Positions 27,269-28,205 of a stretch of DNA of 28,205 nt are shown in pieces. The stretch comes from Chthoniobacteraceae bacterium (GTDB taxonomy: Bacteria; Verrucomicrobiota; Verrucomicrobiia; Chthoniobacterales; Chthoniobacteraceae): the NCBI GenBank assembly GCA_031409335.1, contig JANNWY010000305.1:1-28205 (forward strand), in the 5' to 3' direction. Under the pieces are notes generated by a model. The model saw nothing but the letters and a program-made list of their open reading frames with translations. It was not told the origin of the DNA and searched no databases. The translations under genes and the position numbers were made by a program. Numbering within the stretch: position 1 is the first letter of the stretch; each line of letters begins with the position of its first letter.

Positions 27269-27532
27269 ATGACCGTGACGCTCAGCAAACGCACCGAGGA
27301 GATCGTCCAGACGCAGTTAAAGTCCGGCCGCTACTCGACCCCGGACGAAGTGGTCAATCATCTGATCGAGGAGCTTTCCGGAGAAACATCGCCCGCGTTC
27401 CCGTCCAGCCCGAGCGCAGCGGAACTCAAATCCTCGCTGCTTGCGGCGGTGAGCAAGCCTACGAGCCCGTATCGGAAAGGCGAATTCGTTAAGTTGACCC
27501 GGCGCGTGATAGCTGAAGAGCGCAGCGCATGA
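27269..27532 (+). CDS. ParD-like ribbon-helix-helix antitoxin
   Basis: MTVTL..QLKSGRYSTPDEVV typical of the ParD/CC2985 family; ATGA overlap with the toxin. Confidence 0.8.
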   Translation: MTVTLSKRTEEIVQTQLKSGRYSTPDEVVNHLIEELSGETSPAFPSSPSAAELKSSLLAAVSKPTSPYRKGEFVKLTRRVIAEERSA

Positions 27533-27864
27533 GCTTGCGCGTCGTCTATACCGACGACTTCCCGGCCGATGTGGCGGAGCAGGCTTGCTGGTATGCCCGG
27601 CAGCGGGGTGAAGCACTGGCCCTCGACTACGCACACGCCGTGGAAGCGACGCTGGAGTTTCTCGCGCAACATCCGCGACTCGGCTCGCTGTGCCACTATC
27701 CCGAGCCGCAACTCGCGGATTTACGCTCCTATGTCGTGGAAAAGCCTTTCAACCGGCACCTCATCTATTACCGCATTTCCGGCGAGGAACTGGTCGCGTT
27801 CCGCGTGGTGCCCGGAGCGCGCGACCTCCCCCGACGTCTGCTCGATCCGCCGGGGGAGGAGTGA
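27529..27864 (+). CDS. RelE/ParE family toxin
   Basis: LEFLAQHPRLG..LRSYVV..FNRHLIYYR..FRVVPGARDL. Confidence 0.88.
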   Translation: MSLRVVYTDDFPADVAEQACWYARQRGEALALDYAHAVEATLEFLAQHPRLGSLCHYPEPQLADLRSYVVEKPFNRHLIYYRISGEELVAFRVVPGARDLPRRLLDPPGEE

Positions 27865-27872
27865 TCCAACAT

Positions 27873-27954
27873 GCGCGGTGTGAGGCAGTGGGACCACGCG
27901 CCGCCGCTCTGACTCCAAGGCCGTCCCTCCCCTGACAAATACGGCGTTGCCGAG
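27873..27954 (+). repeat. Degenerate direct repeat, copy B
   Basis: GCGCGGTGTGAGGCAGTGGGACCACGCGCCGCCGCTCTGACTCCAAGGCCGTCCCTCCCCTGAC, starting 8 nt after the toxin stop. Confidence 0.8.
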
Positions 27955-28065
27955 TCGTCTAGTTCGCAACGAGGGAAAAAGATTGGAAGGGTAAAGGCCG
28001 ACCTCTCTCCCTCCTTTCCCATGCTGTGCTGCTTGGGCTGCTTTGGTAGAAGAATCGCATGGACC

Positions 28066-28205
28066 TAGTGTATTGTCAATTGTAGCGCGATGGTTAAAAG
28101 TGAAAGAATTAGCTGGTACTAATATTATCTCTGTATAAATGGGCGTGATGCCAAAGAAAAAGCATCACATCCGACTCAGTGGCGAGGAACGCGGGCAACT
28201 CGAAA
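28066..28205 (+). mobile_element. Left end of a probable IS630-family element (truncated by window)
   Basis: (C)TA-GTGTATTGTCAA resembles a TA target plus IS630 terminal IR; AT-rich leader followed by a transposase-like N-terminus. Confidence 0.6.
28148..28205 (+). CDS. Probable IS630 transposase N-terminus (partial)
   Basis: MPKKKHHIRLSGEERGQLE fits the IS630 N-terminal pattern (xLxxEERxxL); alternative in-frame ATG at 28139. Confidence 0.6.
   Translation, partial: MPKKKHHIRLSGEERGQLE

Noticed and set aside
27088..27294. 68-aa ORF between the TA modules, and 82-84 aa ORFs at 27721-28022
   Set aside because: They translate the non-coding direct repeats or overlap the toxin antisense; indels between repeat copies do not preserve a shared frame
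27864..27970. Integron attC site (ATCCAAC fits RYYYAAC right after the toxin stop)
   Set aside because: No complementary GTTRRRY core downstream (only GTTGCCG and GTTCGCA), the other repeat copy lacks the AAC core, and no intI is in the window

Overview
GC-rich bacterial window. Gene content (DUF1501, DUF4058, ASPIC/UnbV protein, CotH/lamin-tail protein, REP-like and heptamer repeats) suggests PVC superphylum, probably Verrucomicrobiota; this is inference. Left to right: a 9-bp tandem repeat fused to a REP-like palindrome; a beta-class DNA MTase with a C-terminal Mrr-like nuclease and a low-GC target-recognition region; DUF4058; an AAA+ ATPase; a VapBC module with a frameshifted toxin; a CNT nucleoside transporter and YdcF; PHP; a DUF4412-like protein and maf; glgC; a LytS/LytTR pair; a CRTAC1/ASPIC protein; a three-gene System II cytochrome c biogenesis operon led by an uncharacterised tandem-domain lipoprotein, with palindromic repeats in both spacers; a 1296-aa secreted DUF4082-LTD-CotH protein; hydA; DUF1501; a second VapBC (doubly frameshifted toxin) and an intact ParDE-like pair; and the left end of an IS630-like element. 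Most notable: degenerate direct repeats that delimit the two right-hand TA modules like cassettes, a shared antitoxin N-terminal module, the MTase-Mrr fusion with an apparently swapped TRD, the candidate cytochrome c maturation lipoprotein, and a recurring leaderless-promoter architecture. All family calls come from reading motifs by eye; no database searches were run.
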